Assembly: GCA_032718475.1 (NCBI GenBank)
Contig: JAUCBJ010007881.1
Coordinates: 19,760 to 83,759 of the forward strand
Length of the DNA: 64,000 nt
Source of the DNA: Nemertoderma westbladi
Lineage: Eukaryota; Animalia; Xenacoelomorpha
Direction of reading: 5' to 3'
Shown: positions 39,301 through 49,655 of the stretch, piece by piece
Layout of the letters: every line of letters starts with the position of its first letter
Numbering within the stretch: position 1 is the first letter of the stretch
The notes under the pieces: model-generated
The model's database searches: none
The model's input: only the letters and a program-made list of their open reading frames with translations
What the model was told of the DNA's origin: nothing
Translations under genes and position numbers: made by a program

Positions 39301-41722
39301 ATCCCAGCAGAAGGCATTGGGAATCGTGTGGGATAGAAAGACAGACGAACTGAAGTATCAGCTGAGCCAGGAGGGCGCAGACATCCACACGAAGAGGGGC
39401 TATGTATCGTATATAGCAAGGATATACGATCCCCTAGGCCTAGCATCCCCATTATTAGTCACGGGGAAACAGATACTCAAGAGAGTATACAAATTGAAAG
39501 ATGAGTGGGACGTAGAGGTACCAGAGGAAATCAAGAAACAGTGGAGCAAGTGGACAGGAAACTTGGAGAAGATGGGAACATACAACATGCCAAGGGTGTA
39601 TTTCCCGGATGGGAACATGACGAATCTGGACCTACACATGTTCTCCGACGCGTCGTTGGAAGCGTACGGAGCGGCACTCTACTTAGTACAACGAGAGGGG
39701 GCTCATAAGCCAAGACTAGCCTTTAGTAAAGCAAAGTCAACGCCACCAGATTCAGCATCAGTTCCCAAGTTAGAATTGACAGCTGCGAGACTAGGAGTAA
39801 GAGCCACAGCCTACCTAGTGGATACTATTCCCAACATAGTGGAGACACACTACTGGACGGACTCCATGGTAGTGCTTGGTTGGCTACATAACGAAAGGAC
39901 GAGATACCCGATATTCGTCGCGAATAGAGTGGACGAAATAAGGGCGAGCACAGAACTGGAAAGGTGGCACTACTGCCCAACAGACGAGAACCCAGCGGAC
40001 TTGCTGTCGAGGGGCGTGGAACGCCACACTTTCCTGAAGAAGGAAGTATTGTGGCAACATGGGCCACAATTTCTGAGCGATAGGGAGGCCTGGCCGCCGA
40101 TGAGGAAGGTGGACCCGGGCTCGGAAGTAGTATCAGAAGGAGAAGAGGGAGATTCAGAGGGAGAAGAGATATACTCCCAGATGGTGAGGGAGATTAGGGA
40201 CGTGCAACCAGGACGGGAACTGTGCGATAACCCGACGGATAAACTCCTCAGCTACAGTTCTAGTTGGTATAAGACCAAGAAACTAGTGGCGTACTGGAGA
40301 GCCTTCGGGAATTTCCTTGCGGGAGTCGGCAAGGACAAGAAGATCAGGACAACCATAGATCTGGAAGGAGCGGCCAAGGCAGTGATCCGCTATGAACAAC
40401 GGAAGAACTACGGCGACGAGGTGGAACGCATCGGTAACCAACAGCACCTCCGACGGGACAGCGAGCTGATTACGCTGTCGCCACAACTCAATGACGATGG
40501 GATTCTAGTAATGAATTCTAGGGTGGGATACAACAACAGCATAGTCGTACCACCGAAACCCATCATCATTCCTACAGGATCGCCAATAGTCCACCAGATC
40601 ATATGGGACTCCCACAAATCGATATTACATGGGGGCACCAACCGAACCCTCACAGAGATAAGGAGGACCTATTGGGTCAAACAACTGAGGAAGAAGGTAA
40701 AAGCAGTAGTGGGGCAGTGCCAGACCTGCCGACGAGCGAAGAAGGAGCGAGCTGTACAGGAGATGGCGCCACTACCGGCGAGTAGGGTAAGACAGCACGA
40801 CCCGCCATTTACGCATTGCGGTGTGGACATGTTCGGGCCGATAAAGATCAAAGTGATGCGACACACAGAGAAACGCTACGGCATTATCTTCGTATGCAAC
40901 AATACGCGGGCGGTAGGGATAGAACTCGCCCAAGATGCAACCGCATCAGCGTTCATTAACGCCTTAGAAAGGTTTAGGGACCGCAAAGGTGGGACGATCG
41001 CAGTGATATACAGCAACAACGGCACCAACTTTGTGGGCGCAGAGAGTGAGATGGCAGAGGCCTTGGACATCTTGGAGGGAGAAGAAGTCAAGGCAGCCAT
41101 GAGGAGACGACAAGTAAAGTGGGAGAGAAGGACGCCGTATGCACCACATACACTAGGATGCGTCGAGAGACTGGTGGGCAGTTCAAAGCGTCTAATGACG
41201 AAGCTAATGAACACCCACATGGTCACTGAGGACGTCTTACGGACAGTACTTGCGAAGTGCGAGGGGATCATTAATAGCAGACCGCTATATCCGGAGAATG
41301 ATGACCCTGAGTCACTAGACGTGCTGACGCCTAGCCATTTCCTGATGGAAAGGCCAGTGACCATCGATATGCGGGGTGTAGACCCAGATGACATACACTC
41401 CCGCCAAAGTTGGAAAGTCGCAAAGGCAATAAGCGCAGAGTATTGGAGGAGGTGGGTCGAGGAATACCTACCCACACTCCATAAACGAAGCAAGTGGAGG
41501 AAGTCAAACAGGGAGTTAAGAGAGGGAGATCTCGAAATCGTTACGGATGATACTATCATCAACAACCAATGGCGGTTGGCGAGAGTTGTAGGCACCTACT
41601 CCGACGAGGACGGAAGAGTCCAATCGGTAGAAGTGCGGATAGGTGGAAAGATAGGTGCGAAGGACAGAAAAACCTACAGGAGAGCTGTAGGCAAATGCTG
41701 TCTATTAGAAGGGGCACCTTAG
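36329..41722 (+). CDS. gag-pol: BEL/Pao gag-pol polyprotein (gag core, Zn knuckle, protease, RT, RNase H, integrase)
   Basis: KFDG gag core; CSRCVMSGHRAREC; LVDSGA; CDIEGMFNQV and YVDD; YDPLG; HMFSDAS, PKLEL, YWTDS, ENPADLLSRG; H-x4-H...CQTC; GVDMFGP, SNNGTNF (D>N), ERLV; RAVGKCCLLE. Confidence 0.96.
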   Translation: MYGPQHININPSTKHTGGGGGQGDIPPSQYQQYTPIGARTTRPLDENRSCDTDIWRGPLPPMTYPSQRKSRNRTDGTHQTGETMQHPSNPLEAQAMGMATLIDALKTRIELPPVEPFKFDGSRPEEYLQFRRMYSNEILTKNLTQAECLKYLQVYTGGPAYDIVRQYQGIEGGFTTAWRALDREYGHPAKIIRQTLRGITSGGLQDNPVSIKTFANKVEKALIVLKTLDAPYELNASNNITTIAQALPNWLRNKWRKIAFSTRDKKGAEPGLEEMSNFLNYEAELITDPVYSEDSLGKGPKTDYHRPKPEHNTSNALPRLRQSLPYAATQGTASPQLAEDKTTSWNGQGNNNNTNKHNPSTSNRQNPNNKNSRDFGTNATAIRNALYKEGYDPKSKCQLHANALHQTMNCRYWQALPRQDQIDYAFSNKICSRCVMSGHRARECKEKPMKFGQRRGQTMATSTVGAKKRGTVLLGVVPVRVIGEGNRSVTTLMLVDSGAAFTLVEEWVAEEIGLRTRPSRMAVTTISSKDEILEMRTGRCAIAAVAPGCDYGATIDPIQVIESININARRPTNIEVEQYKFLDNIDFSIPDVDVRKVSIIVGMDCPTAHERMQTVFGEDKQSDPVAILTPFGWTLSGPIKSKIPFRMSETSGCMFAGTMQEMGDEGAEEQLKRLLRQDFEGLKETGVGTSVEDKQALQSVEESMTCNEGRYTIGMVWKLPKIPLPDNRGMVLTRLRKLKQTLKRSPEKNEYIHRTIKKYVEKGWAVELPVDEPNTDRTYYLPLHVALDPKKGKLRMVVDASAKTDGKCLNDYLLEGPNIYNSGIEVLLRFRNGKHAFTCDIEGMFNQVRVTEEDSDSQRFLWYNGEEEPSIIPAYKMVVQNMGAKSSSFTTTMAVRDTVKGREDRYSSRAVDMIRRGFYVDDGMESGNTVKEILDTGREVRDILKGSGFNLTKFQSSSEEFIKAIEDRKPESTMDNPTTAKGQDMAIKRTESQQKALGIVWDRKTDELKYQLSQEGADIHTKRGYVSYIARIYDPLGLASPLLVTGKQILKRVYKLKDEWDVEVPEEIKKQWSKWTGNLEKMGTYNMPRVYFPDGNMTNLDLHMFSDASLEAYGAALYLVQREGAHKPRLAFSKAKSTPPDSASVPKLELTAARLGVRATAYLVDTIPNIVETHYWTDSMVVLGWLHNERTRYPIFVANRVDEIRASTELERWHYCPTDENPADLLSRGVERHTFLKKEVLWQHGPQFLSDREAWPPMRKVDPGSEVVSEGEEGDSEGEEIYSQMVREIRDVQPGRELCDNPTDKLLSYSSSWYKTKKLVAYWRAFGNFLAGVGKDKKIRTTIDLEGAAKAVIRYEQRKNYGDEVERIGNQQHLRRDSELITLSPQLNDDGILVMNSRVGYNNSIVVPPKPIIIPTGSPIVHQIIWDSHKSILHGGTNRTLTEIRRTYWVKQLRKKVKAVVGQCQTCRRAKKERAVQEMAPLPASRVRQHDPPFTHCGVDMFGPIKIKVMRHTEKRYGIIFVCNNTRAVGIELAQDATASAFINALERFRDRKGGTIAVIYSNNGTNFVGAESEMAEALDILEGEEVKAAMRRRQVKWERRTPYAPHTLGCVERLVGSSKRLMTKLMNTHMVTEDVLRTVLAKCEGIINSRPLYPENDDPESLDVLTPSHFLMERPVTIDMRGVDPDDIHSRQSWKVAKAISAEYWRRWVEEYLPTLHKRSKWRKSNRELREGDLEIVTDDTIINNQWRLARVVGTYSDEDGRVQSVEVRIGGKIGAKDRKTYRRAVGKCCLLEGAP

Positions 41723-41849
41723 TAAAGTTACAGAAAAGTTTAGTCGTCCAAGTTTTGGACTGAGGGGGGTGGGATTGAGGGCGAGACGCCCTTCCCACAA
41801 ACAAAATAATAAAATAAAAAAAAATAAAATAGTACATGGTAGGTACGCA

Positions 41850-42450
41850 GTTAGTAGGCAGAGAGTTAGTAAGAAGGTACGTAGTACCTAGTTAGTTAGT
41901 TAGTTAGGAGGTACGTAGTACCGCCAGTTAGAGAGTTAGTTAGAGGGTACGTAAGTACCGTTAGTTAGTTAGTTAGTTAGTTAGGAGCTACGTAGTACCG
42001 CCAGTTAGAGAGTTAGTTAGAGGGTACGTAAGTACCGTTAGTTAGTCAGAGAGTTAGAGGGTACGTAGTACCGCTAGTTAGTTAGAGTTAGAGGGTACGT
42101 AGTACTGATAGTTAGTTAGAGAGTTAGAGGGTACGTAAGTACCGCTAGTTAGTCAGAGAGTTAGAGGGTACGTAAGTACCGCTAGTTAGTTAGAGAGTTA
42201 GAGGGTACGTAGTACCGATAGTTAGTTAGAGAGTTAGAGGGTACGTAGTACCGATAGTTAGTTAGAGAGTTAGAGGGTACGTAAGTACCGCTAGTTAGTT
42301 GGAGGATTAGAGGGTACGTAAGTACCGCTAGTTAGTTAGAGAGTTAGAGGGTACGTAGTACCGATAGTTAGTTAGAGAGTTAGAGGGTACGTAAGTACCG
42401 TTAGTTAGAAGAGTTAGAGTTAGAGGGTACGTAGTACCGTTAGTTAGAAG
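41850..42450 (+). repeat. ~36-40 bp tandem array, ~16 units, each with hairpin GGTAC-GTA(A)-GTACC
   Basis: Unit approximately GTTAGTTAGAGAGTTAGAG-GGTACGTAGTACC-GCTA, between pol and the extra ORF. Confidence 0.92.
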
Positions 42451-42934
42451 AGAGAGAGTAAGAGGTAAAAGGGGATATAGATATAGGTATTAGTTAGCAG
42501 TTAGTAGAGAGAGGGGGGCATATGAGTACAGCTGGATAAATCGTGTGGCCACACGACGCATACTGCTGTACTGCATAGACCCACAGAGTAGGCCAGAATG
42601 TGGATTAGAGAATAGAATAATCCATAGGCAGTAGTAAGTAGTAGGACAGTAGAATCAAAGTAAATGGATAAATAAATAGAATAGGGCTGAAAGTTGTAAA
42701 ATAGTGGCAACATAAGGGAAGTTATTCTAGAACATAATAAAAGTAACGGACAGAAATTGTAAATTACGCTCATTTACTAGCTTCAAAATTAATTAGGAAT
42801 AATTTAGGTTAAAAGGCGCAGTTAAGTAGGAAATAGGCCATTATCGAACTGTACAGAACATCCTAGATACATCACTCATCTGTATTGCGCCTTGGTAAGG
42901 CACCACCTTGCAGGTGAGCGAGTGAACGTTCGGA

Positions 42935-45484
42935 ATGGCGAGTAAGTTGATCAGAAAGAGAAAGGCGGAGTAAGGAGGAAAGGAGATACTGGTGGATTTC
43001 ACCGAGAGGCATCCGGAAGAGAAGACGAGAGGATACTACGAGAGGTTGGAAAGGGGTCACGCGGCACGAGCGCTGCAGGATCACTTCCGGGAGGCGCACG
43101 AACAGCGGCTGGTCGGGACCTACGGGACCCCGTCGCTGGACAACGCGATCTTCCAACACTTCCACTACGTGGTGAAAGGGGACGAGGCGAAGTTCGGGAT
43201 TCCGAAATACCCGAGGGAATCACCGAGGAAGGACTGGAAGAGATTCATAGAGTCCGTCAACAGTGGAGGATATATGATCCTAGATGACGAGGGAACCGTG
43301 GAAGACGAAGCGGGTTCGAGACGAGGAACGGCAGGGTCGGCCAGGACCATACTCCTACATTTGGCCGCGCCAAATGGGGACATCTTCTTATTCGACCTAG
43401 GGACGTATGGGAAGAAGGACGGGCCGAAATTAGACCGATTACCGAAAGCGGTACAAGTCTTAGTAAGAGAGAAGTCGACGACGAAAGTGGGATCGGCGAT
43501 TCGCGAGGACGCGGAGAGGATCATCGGTCCGGACGCCACCAACCTCCTGGATATGCAGAAAGTCTTTATGGCTATGACGGCACCGGATGGATTGGGGGTA
43601 GTCGAAAACGCAGGCCAATGCGGGGCGGTGGCGATGGACCAATTATTGGGGCTCGTATGCCACAAACCGATGGACTGGGGGAAGTTTAGGGAAGAATACG
43701 GAGCAGAACCAGCGAACTCGCTAAAGTGGGGAGCGAGACAGGGAAAGCAGGAGGTATATCAGTTCCGCAGGGGAGCGATAAAGGTATATCAGAAGCGATA
43801 TATCCTGCAGGAGGACTGGATGATGATAAGTTTGCTTAACTTATTCATGACCGTGATTATCGAGAGGGAACCAGGGGCATTTCTGTTATCGGGATCACCC
43901 CTAAGCTACAGGAGAGCCTTTAAAGTGGCCTTTGACGGTCTGGTAGACCACCCGGGGCTGAAGGGCGAGTCGGTGTACTACAACAGCCGACATCTGGTAG
44001 ACGGGGAGACAGATACACCGTATCAGAGATGGGAGCAGCTAGAGACGGATAGACGAGAAGCAAAGCGACTGGAAGAAGTCGCTAGACGGGAGAGGATAGA
44101 AGCAGAGGAGAGGGAAGAGGAGGCCAGGACACAGAGTTACGGCTTCGAGGAACAGGCGGGCCTAGACGAACTTCATTGGACTTCGTCAGGGAGTTCGGGG
44201 GAGTCTCTAGGGCGAGAATTGGGATGGACGGTGGGATCGCCGAAACAGTCGACGTCGGGGTTGCAAACGATGCCCATACCAGCGGGCGCCGAGGGCGACC
44301 AACCGCCAAGGAAATTAAGGGAGCTAGAGGGATGGAGAGCTACGGGCGAGAGCCAAGGCGGGAAGGGACATAGTGGATCCATCGGGATACCGGGATTGGA
44401 GACACTACCAGAAGAGGAGGACGACGACGACGAGTTCGGAGAGATGCCGCCCATCGAGAGGATAGGCCACTCGGACACGGACTGGGTTGGCGGAAGGGTG
44501 GTGACGGCCAGTGGGGCAAGGGCCTTCTGGAACAGATCCGGCAAGCGGACCTGGGTGCACGAGGAGCCGGCGATGGATTTCGCGGGGAGCACCATCAGGT
44601 TGGGCGAGCAACCGGGGACGGCACCACGGATAGTATTCGGGGAGACGATGCCCGAGAGGGGCAGAGAGATCGACGTAGATAGAGAGACCAATGTAGAGAA
44701 GTTCGCCTACCAGCGACTCCACAGACCGCGGAGATCGCTTGGGACGAAAGACGAGGTGGGACGGGAGACATTGGTACTCGGCTGCGACTACTGTGGGAGA
44801 CAGACCCATCGGGAAAGCAGCTGCCTATACCGGTTCCAAAAGGGAACCTTGTGTCTCTACTGCAGAGAACCAAGCCACAGGATGGTGGCGTGTCCACGGT
44901 TGCATAACCGATGTCCAAAGTGCCACTTTCGGGGACACTACGGACGCGAGTGCGACTGGATGAACGACGAGGAGAAGTTCACAAGATTCGAGGAGTGGGC
45001 CGACGTCGGGGCCATGATGCGCCAGTGCATGAAGGCCCAGGAGTTCAAGTGGGGTTTCTTCCTTATCAATCAGGAGACTCACATGGAAATCATAAAGCGG
45101 AGGCTACCGTTTACCTACCAAGAGGTAGCAACGGCGGCGTCGTACGCTGGAGTGATGAACACGCAAAGGTATCTGGACAGGTGGACGCCGGAGAACCGAA
45201 GGGAGTTTAGGGATTTCTTGGCGGAGCACGTACCAAAGGCAATGAAAATGATCCTATGGGACGCCACTAGAGGGAGACAACCGGGCCACTCTGAGGGGCC
45301 ACCGGCGAAGCGATATCGGGCACTAATAACACCAGCGCCCAAGGAGCCAACGACCGGGATCAGCAAGGAAGTGGCGGCGAAGGTCCGAAAGCAGAAAGCG
45401 GATGATGCCAGAGGGACGGTGATAACCAAGAAACGACCCAGGGAAGAGGATGCCAGGGGGAACTACCCCCGGAGGAACAGATAG
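42935..45484 (+). CDS. Accessory protein: DEDDy (WRN/EXD/mut-7-like) 3'-5' exonuclease domain plus three CCHC zinc knuckles
   Basis: ExoI-like YMILDDEG; ILLHLAAPNGDIFLFDL; LPKAVQVLVREKSTTKVGSAIREDAERI (ExoII); LLDMQ; ExoIII-like QKRYILQED; CDYCGRQTHRESSC, CLYCREPSHRMVAC, CPKCHFRGHYGREC. The in-frame ATG at 42935 is separated from the 830-aa frame by one TAA (42971-42973). Confidence 0.75.
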
Positions 45485-46189
45485 GTTCCCAGAGTCGAGG
45501 GAGAGAGACTGGGACTTGGACGTGGTACGCCTGGAAGGCGCTGCGTGGGATGTACGAACTATTAAGTACAAATTTAATTAATGCAAAATAATCATATAAG
45601 TGCAATTTGTATGTACGTACGTAGTAATTAGTAATCTATAAATATATACGTTCGGAGTGAGTACTATAGTCATACAACCTTTCTCAATTAGCTACTGGGA
45701 CTGGGGGATAACTGACTATGGCACTATGGACGAGACACCAGACAATTTCACACTTCTTGAGTGCGACGGCACGAGAGGGGGGGGAGATTCGTCAGAAGAG
45801 AAGAGACAGCCGAAGTGAGGTTGAGGGACGGAATAGTGCGGAGTGCGGAGAGAGTGCGGACGCAATTCTAGTGTGGGGGGGGAGAATAAGAGGCTGAGTG
45901 AGGGACGAGGAGGTCCGAGTGTGAGAGAGTTAGGGTGAGAGTGAAGAAGAGATAGGGCGGAAGTGTTGGGGAAACAAAAGTTACGTGAGAGGTGAGCGCG
46001 ATCGGCCCGACATGAGACGCCAGGCACACAGGGTAGCGTTATCATACCCATAGGGGGCGGCCTGGAAAGCCGGCTCCGAGAGAAAAGAATTCCACCCCAC
46101 ACCCGATACTAGATCGGGATCCAGCGGGATTGTAGCGCACTTTTTTGGTTGATGCTATCTTCTTACCGGGAAGATAGCATGGGGGGGAG

Positions 46190-46726
46190 TGTTAGCTTAT
46201 TCAATCCCGCTAACACCCCATAAAGTTATAAGCCGATAAGCAATATTGGGAGCCACGAGATTGGGCAATTAACCAACTCGTGCCATCCCAATAAGAATGG
46301 GAAGGAAGCACACAATGAGGGTCAGGGGCCAAACCCCTAACCCAGAGAGAATAGGTGGAGTGAACGGGAACACTCCAAAGGGCGCCAACAAGGGTATCAA
46401 CCAATCAGAGGGGGAAAAGGCATCGATTAGGTAGAGTAACAAGGCCAACCGTGCAATATAGCCACTTGGCAGTAATAATACCAATTCAGTTATCTCAGTG
46501 CAATACCGGTGCTAGTTTAGGTTATTACATAGTTTTAGATAGGGAAGGACCGGGACTTTAGTTACCGTATCCCGCCTTCCATATACGACAATACTATATC
46601 TATATCTATATCCGCATATCATATTATATACGACAAACAACATCAGAACTCATTCACTCTTTATACACGGCGGGGACGCGTGAACTAAAACCGGATAAAC
46701 CGGGATCCCTCTTGGATCCCGTCACA
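46190..46726 (+). repeat. 3' LTR of inner element (537 bp)
   Basis: Follows the PPT; ends GTCACA before TSD ATAGT. Confidence 0.97.
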
Positions 46727-47709
46727 ATAGTCCGACAGATAGATGTCAATAGCATCCTTCTTCTGAGGTTTTTCGGATGTAGCTTCGCCTTCCACTTGAG
46801 AAAAGGTAGTGTCTGTTGATTCTCCATGGGTCGAGCGCTCAGTTAGCTGAACTTTCCATTGTGTCGTTCCCTGGACTTTAAGACTCACCCGTTGGAACCA
46901 AGTCTTTACGGCAACTTGCAACGATGTGTCTTGCTTCTCTTCGAGGCTTCCTCAAAGGCTGAAAGGATTAGTCTGATCCGTAAGATTCGTTCTCGAACTT
47001 GATAAAGCAGCTCTCCCTGCTCTTGAGGTCCTTGACGTTGTTGAAACAGGTGTTCCTCTAATCGCTCCAAATAGCTGAAGAATCCCTGGACATATCCTGC
47101 TGCCGACCTCTTCCATACAGCTGGATTTCGAGTGTCCCTTACTACTCCCATCCTGTATAAGTCTTCCCAGGCAGCTTCCGATAAGTTGAACGGGAGTCCG
47201 GGTCCTGGGAAGTTCCGTTGCGTCTCGACAATAGACCTCAGTTCCTCCATCGTATATCCCGCATAACTGTCCCTGGTTGATCGCTTACTTCTCGCCCAAT
47301 CGATTTGATGTTCTTCCACAGCGATCAATACTCTAGTGAGTACGGCCCCAGGAAGAATTAGAAGTGGAACCGGATAAACCGCTTCTGCCATCCTTGCTCC
47401 GATTTCGGGTGTCAACTCTACAGTGTCTGAACTACTGGAGTTATCGGGCTGTTGAGAAATAAGTTCTCGGTTCAGGTGCTGCTGCTGTTTAACAGCTGCC
47501 TCTTGGTCTCGCTTGACTTGAGCCCTAGTGCCTATAATAGACCTATGGTGCTTTACTAGCCTAGGGTCTGACACTACTACTGTAGGGATGACCTTTCTTA
47601 CAGTAGGAGGGGACTTGGACTTTGGTCTCAGATGTTCTATACTCTTATCTGAGTCGCAGACTGTTCTTTCTAGGAGACTATCTGACAGTGTTTGCTTTGT
47701 ATCAGCCAT
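46727..47709 (-). pseudogene. gag: 5' part of outer element gag
   Basis: MADTKQ... ORF with a frameshift near 46920. Removing the inner element restores the reading ...IYLSDY|QRFIGDKELRRR... into 32578. Confidence 0.8.
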
Positions 47710-47845
47710 GATTTATTTTACAGTTGAATGCCTATTACTATAACGACAGTTAAAGCAAGTCTAGTAATTCAGTATCAACTGTAAGCCTAGTAATTAATTA
47801 CCGATACCGTTACTCAGTGTAACGTGATATATATATAATATATTA

Positions 47846-48100
47846 AAATACCGGTATACACTTATAATATATATAAGTATTATTACAGACTAGGATTAGT
47901 CACAGAATACCGGTATATAATTTCAGCCTAAATTTATATAAATATATATAATAAGCCTACCGTAAATACCGGTATACACCCATAGTATATATAAGTATTA
48001 TTATAGACTAGGATTAGTCACAGAATACCGGTATATAATTTCAGCCTAAATTTATATAAATAAATATAATAAGCCTACCGTAAATACCAGTATATAATTA
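47846..48100. repeat. ~120-bp tandem duplication in the 5' leader of the outer element
   Basis: AATACCGGTATACAC...GACTAGGATTAGTCACAGAATACCGG...AAGCCTACCGTAAATACC occurs twice. Confidence 0.85.
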
Positions 48101-49655
48101 TTTTATAATAACTGAATTTCTGAATTTTAGGGTTACTTCCCTTTTACTTATTACTGTTATTAAGCAGTAGTCCAACTGATATTAAGACCTAATTGATGTA
48201 TAACAGCCCTACTATTTTATAAATCTGTTTGAGTTGATTTATAATATATATATATATACCCGTACAATGGGTTTTGACAATGTTTGAAATAAATGTTGTT
48301 ATTTCTGGGTAAGGGGGTCACTACACAGATAATTCTACTTTACTAAGTTACTTATCACTACAAATTACTTACAATTACAGTTTGAGATTACAATCTCTAA
48401 ATAAACACTAAAAAGTTACACATACAATTTTTAGGGTAATTTTACAAGAAATCTACAAACCTGTTGTTAAACAAACAAACATCTACAAACAGTCTAACAA
48501 GGAGTTAGAATTTCTGGTTCTTACAAACTGACAGGAACTACGGTATTTGAAAACAATAAAGCAATAGTAAGTAAATTGCGTTGTCCAGATAAGAAAATAC
48601 CACCGTCTGACGACTTATAGTCTTAGCTCTATAAGTACTACGTTATGTACCCGGAGTGTCCTTACCTAAAGGTTAATTACTGAAGCCAACCAGAGCTAAC
48701 GTGCCTATTAACCACATTACAACACAAATATACTTACTGCCTACACACAAAATTACTTTCGGAAAGCACTGTACGCTAAACCCTAAATTAGGTACAAGTA
48801 CTTATACAACAAATAACCAGCAGTTAAATATACTTGTACAGCCAAAAGAACCACAGTATCTGCTGGAGTGACCGGAGCACAAAATCACCAGTCTTTAGCT
48901 ACGCCAAGCAGCCCTGATGTAGTACCAGGGTTAATTTTACTATAACGGTATGTATAACAAGCACAATTACTGTAGGAATAAACTTGGGGAGTTGGTGGTT
49001 GCGAATACTTGCATAGACTCTGAATAATAAATATTACGCTACCCGTGCAGACTATACAAACAAAATACAGACCAAATGCTGGCAGACTACTGTCAAGCCT
49101 AAATAAACTACAGTATATGCAGACTCCGAAATGGTTAGTTAGTAGACGTTCTAACCGAGTAGTACGACTTATTCTTTAGGAGGGGATTTACCATACAGCA
49201 CTGGATGCCCCCACCTTCCTAACTAGCACTTTATCGGACAGACACTCTACACACACTGCAATCGCTCCAAACCTAACAACAGTTAGACAACAATCCGGCC
49301 TACAAATTATATATACAATCTGAGCAGGCTTACACGCCTTCTGCTCAATATTACACTTACAGATAAACAAACTGACAGAAATAAATAAGCTCTAAAAGAA
49401 ATAAGGGGTGTACAGTCCCTACTCTCTTAAACAGCCTACCAATATACAATATCACAATCGAAATAATACTGGGTACCGGTAAGTACCGGTTTGGGTGGTT
49501 AGGTAGATAGGCCTACAGTTTACCGTCCGACCGGTACATTCGACTTTATTGCCTACAGTGCAATAAAGAAACAAACAAATCTATTATTGTTCTTACCAGA
49601 ACAATAGACAACTATATTTATTGCCTACTGTGCAATAAAGAACAAAATCTATTAT

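Larger units (their letters stand above)
32584..46726 (+). mobile_element. Inner BEL/Pao LTR retrotransposon, full length, with extra exonuclease-like ORF
   Basis: LTRs TGTTAGC...GTCACA; TSD ATAGT at 32579-32583 and 46727-46731; PPT GGGGGGGAG at 46181-46189; domain order gag-PR-RT-RH-IN. Confidence 0.97.

Noticed and set aside
41850-42450. CRISPR-like or telomeric array
   Set aside because: No unique spacers, no cas genes, eukaryotic context; TTAG/TTAGAGGG units are not a clean telomere repeat.
42992-45484. env gene
   Set aside because: No evident signal peptide, fusion-protein cysteine pattern or C-terminal transmembrane anchor; nuclease and knuckle motifs are present instead.
33763-45605. 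Many antisense and overlapping ORFs within the inner element
   Set aside because: Shadow frames of GC-richer, purine-biased coding sequence; no motifs.
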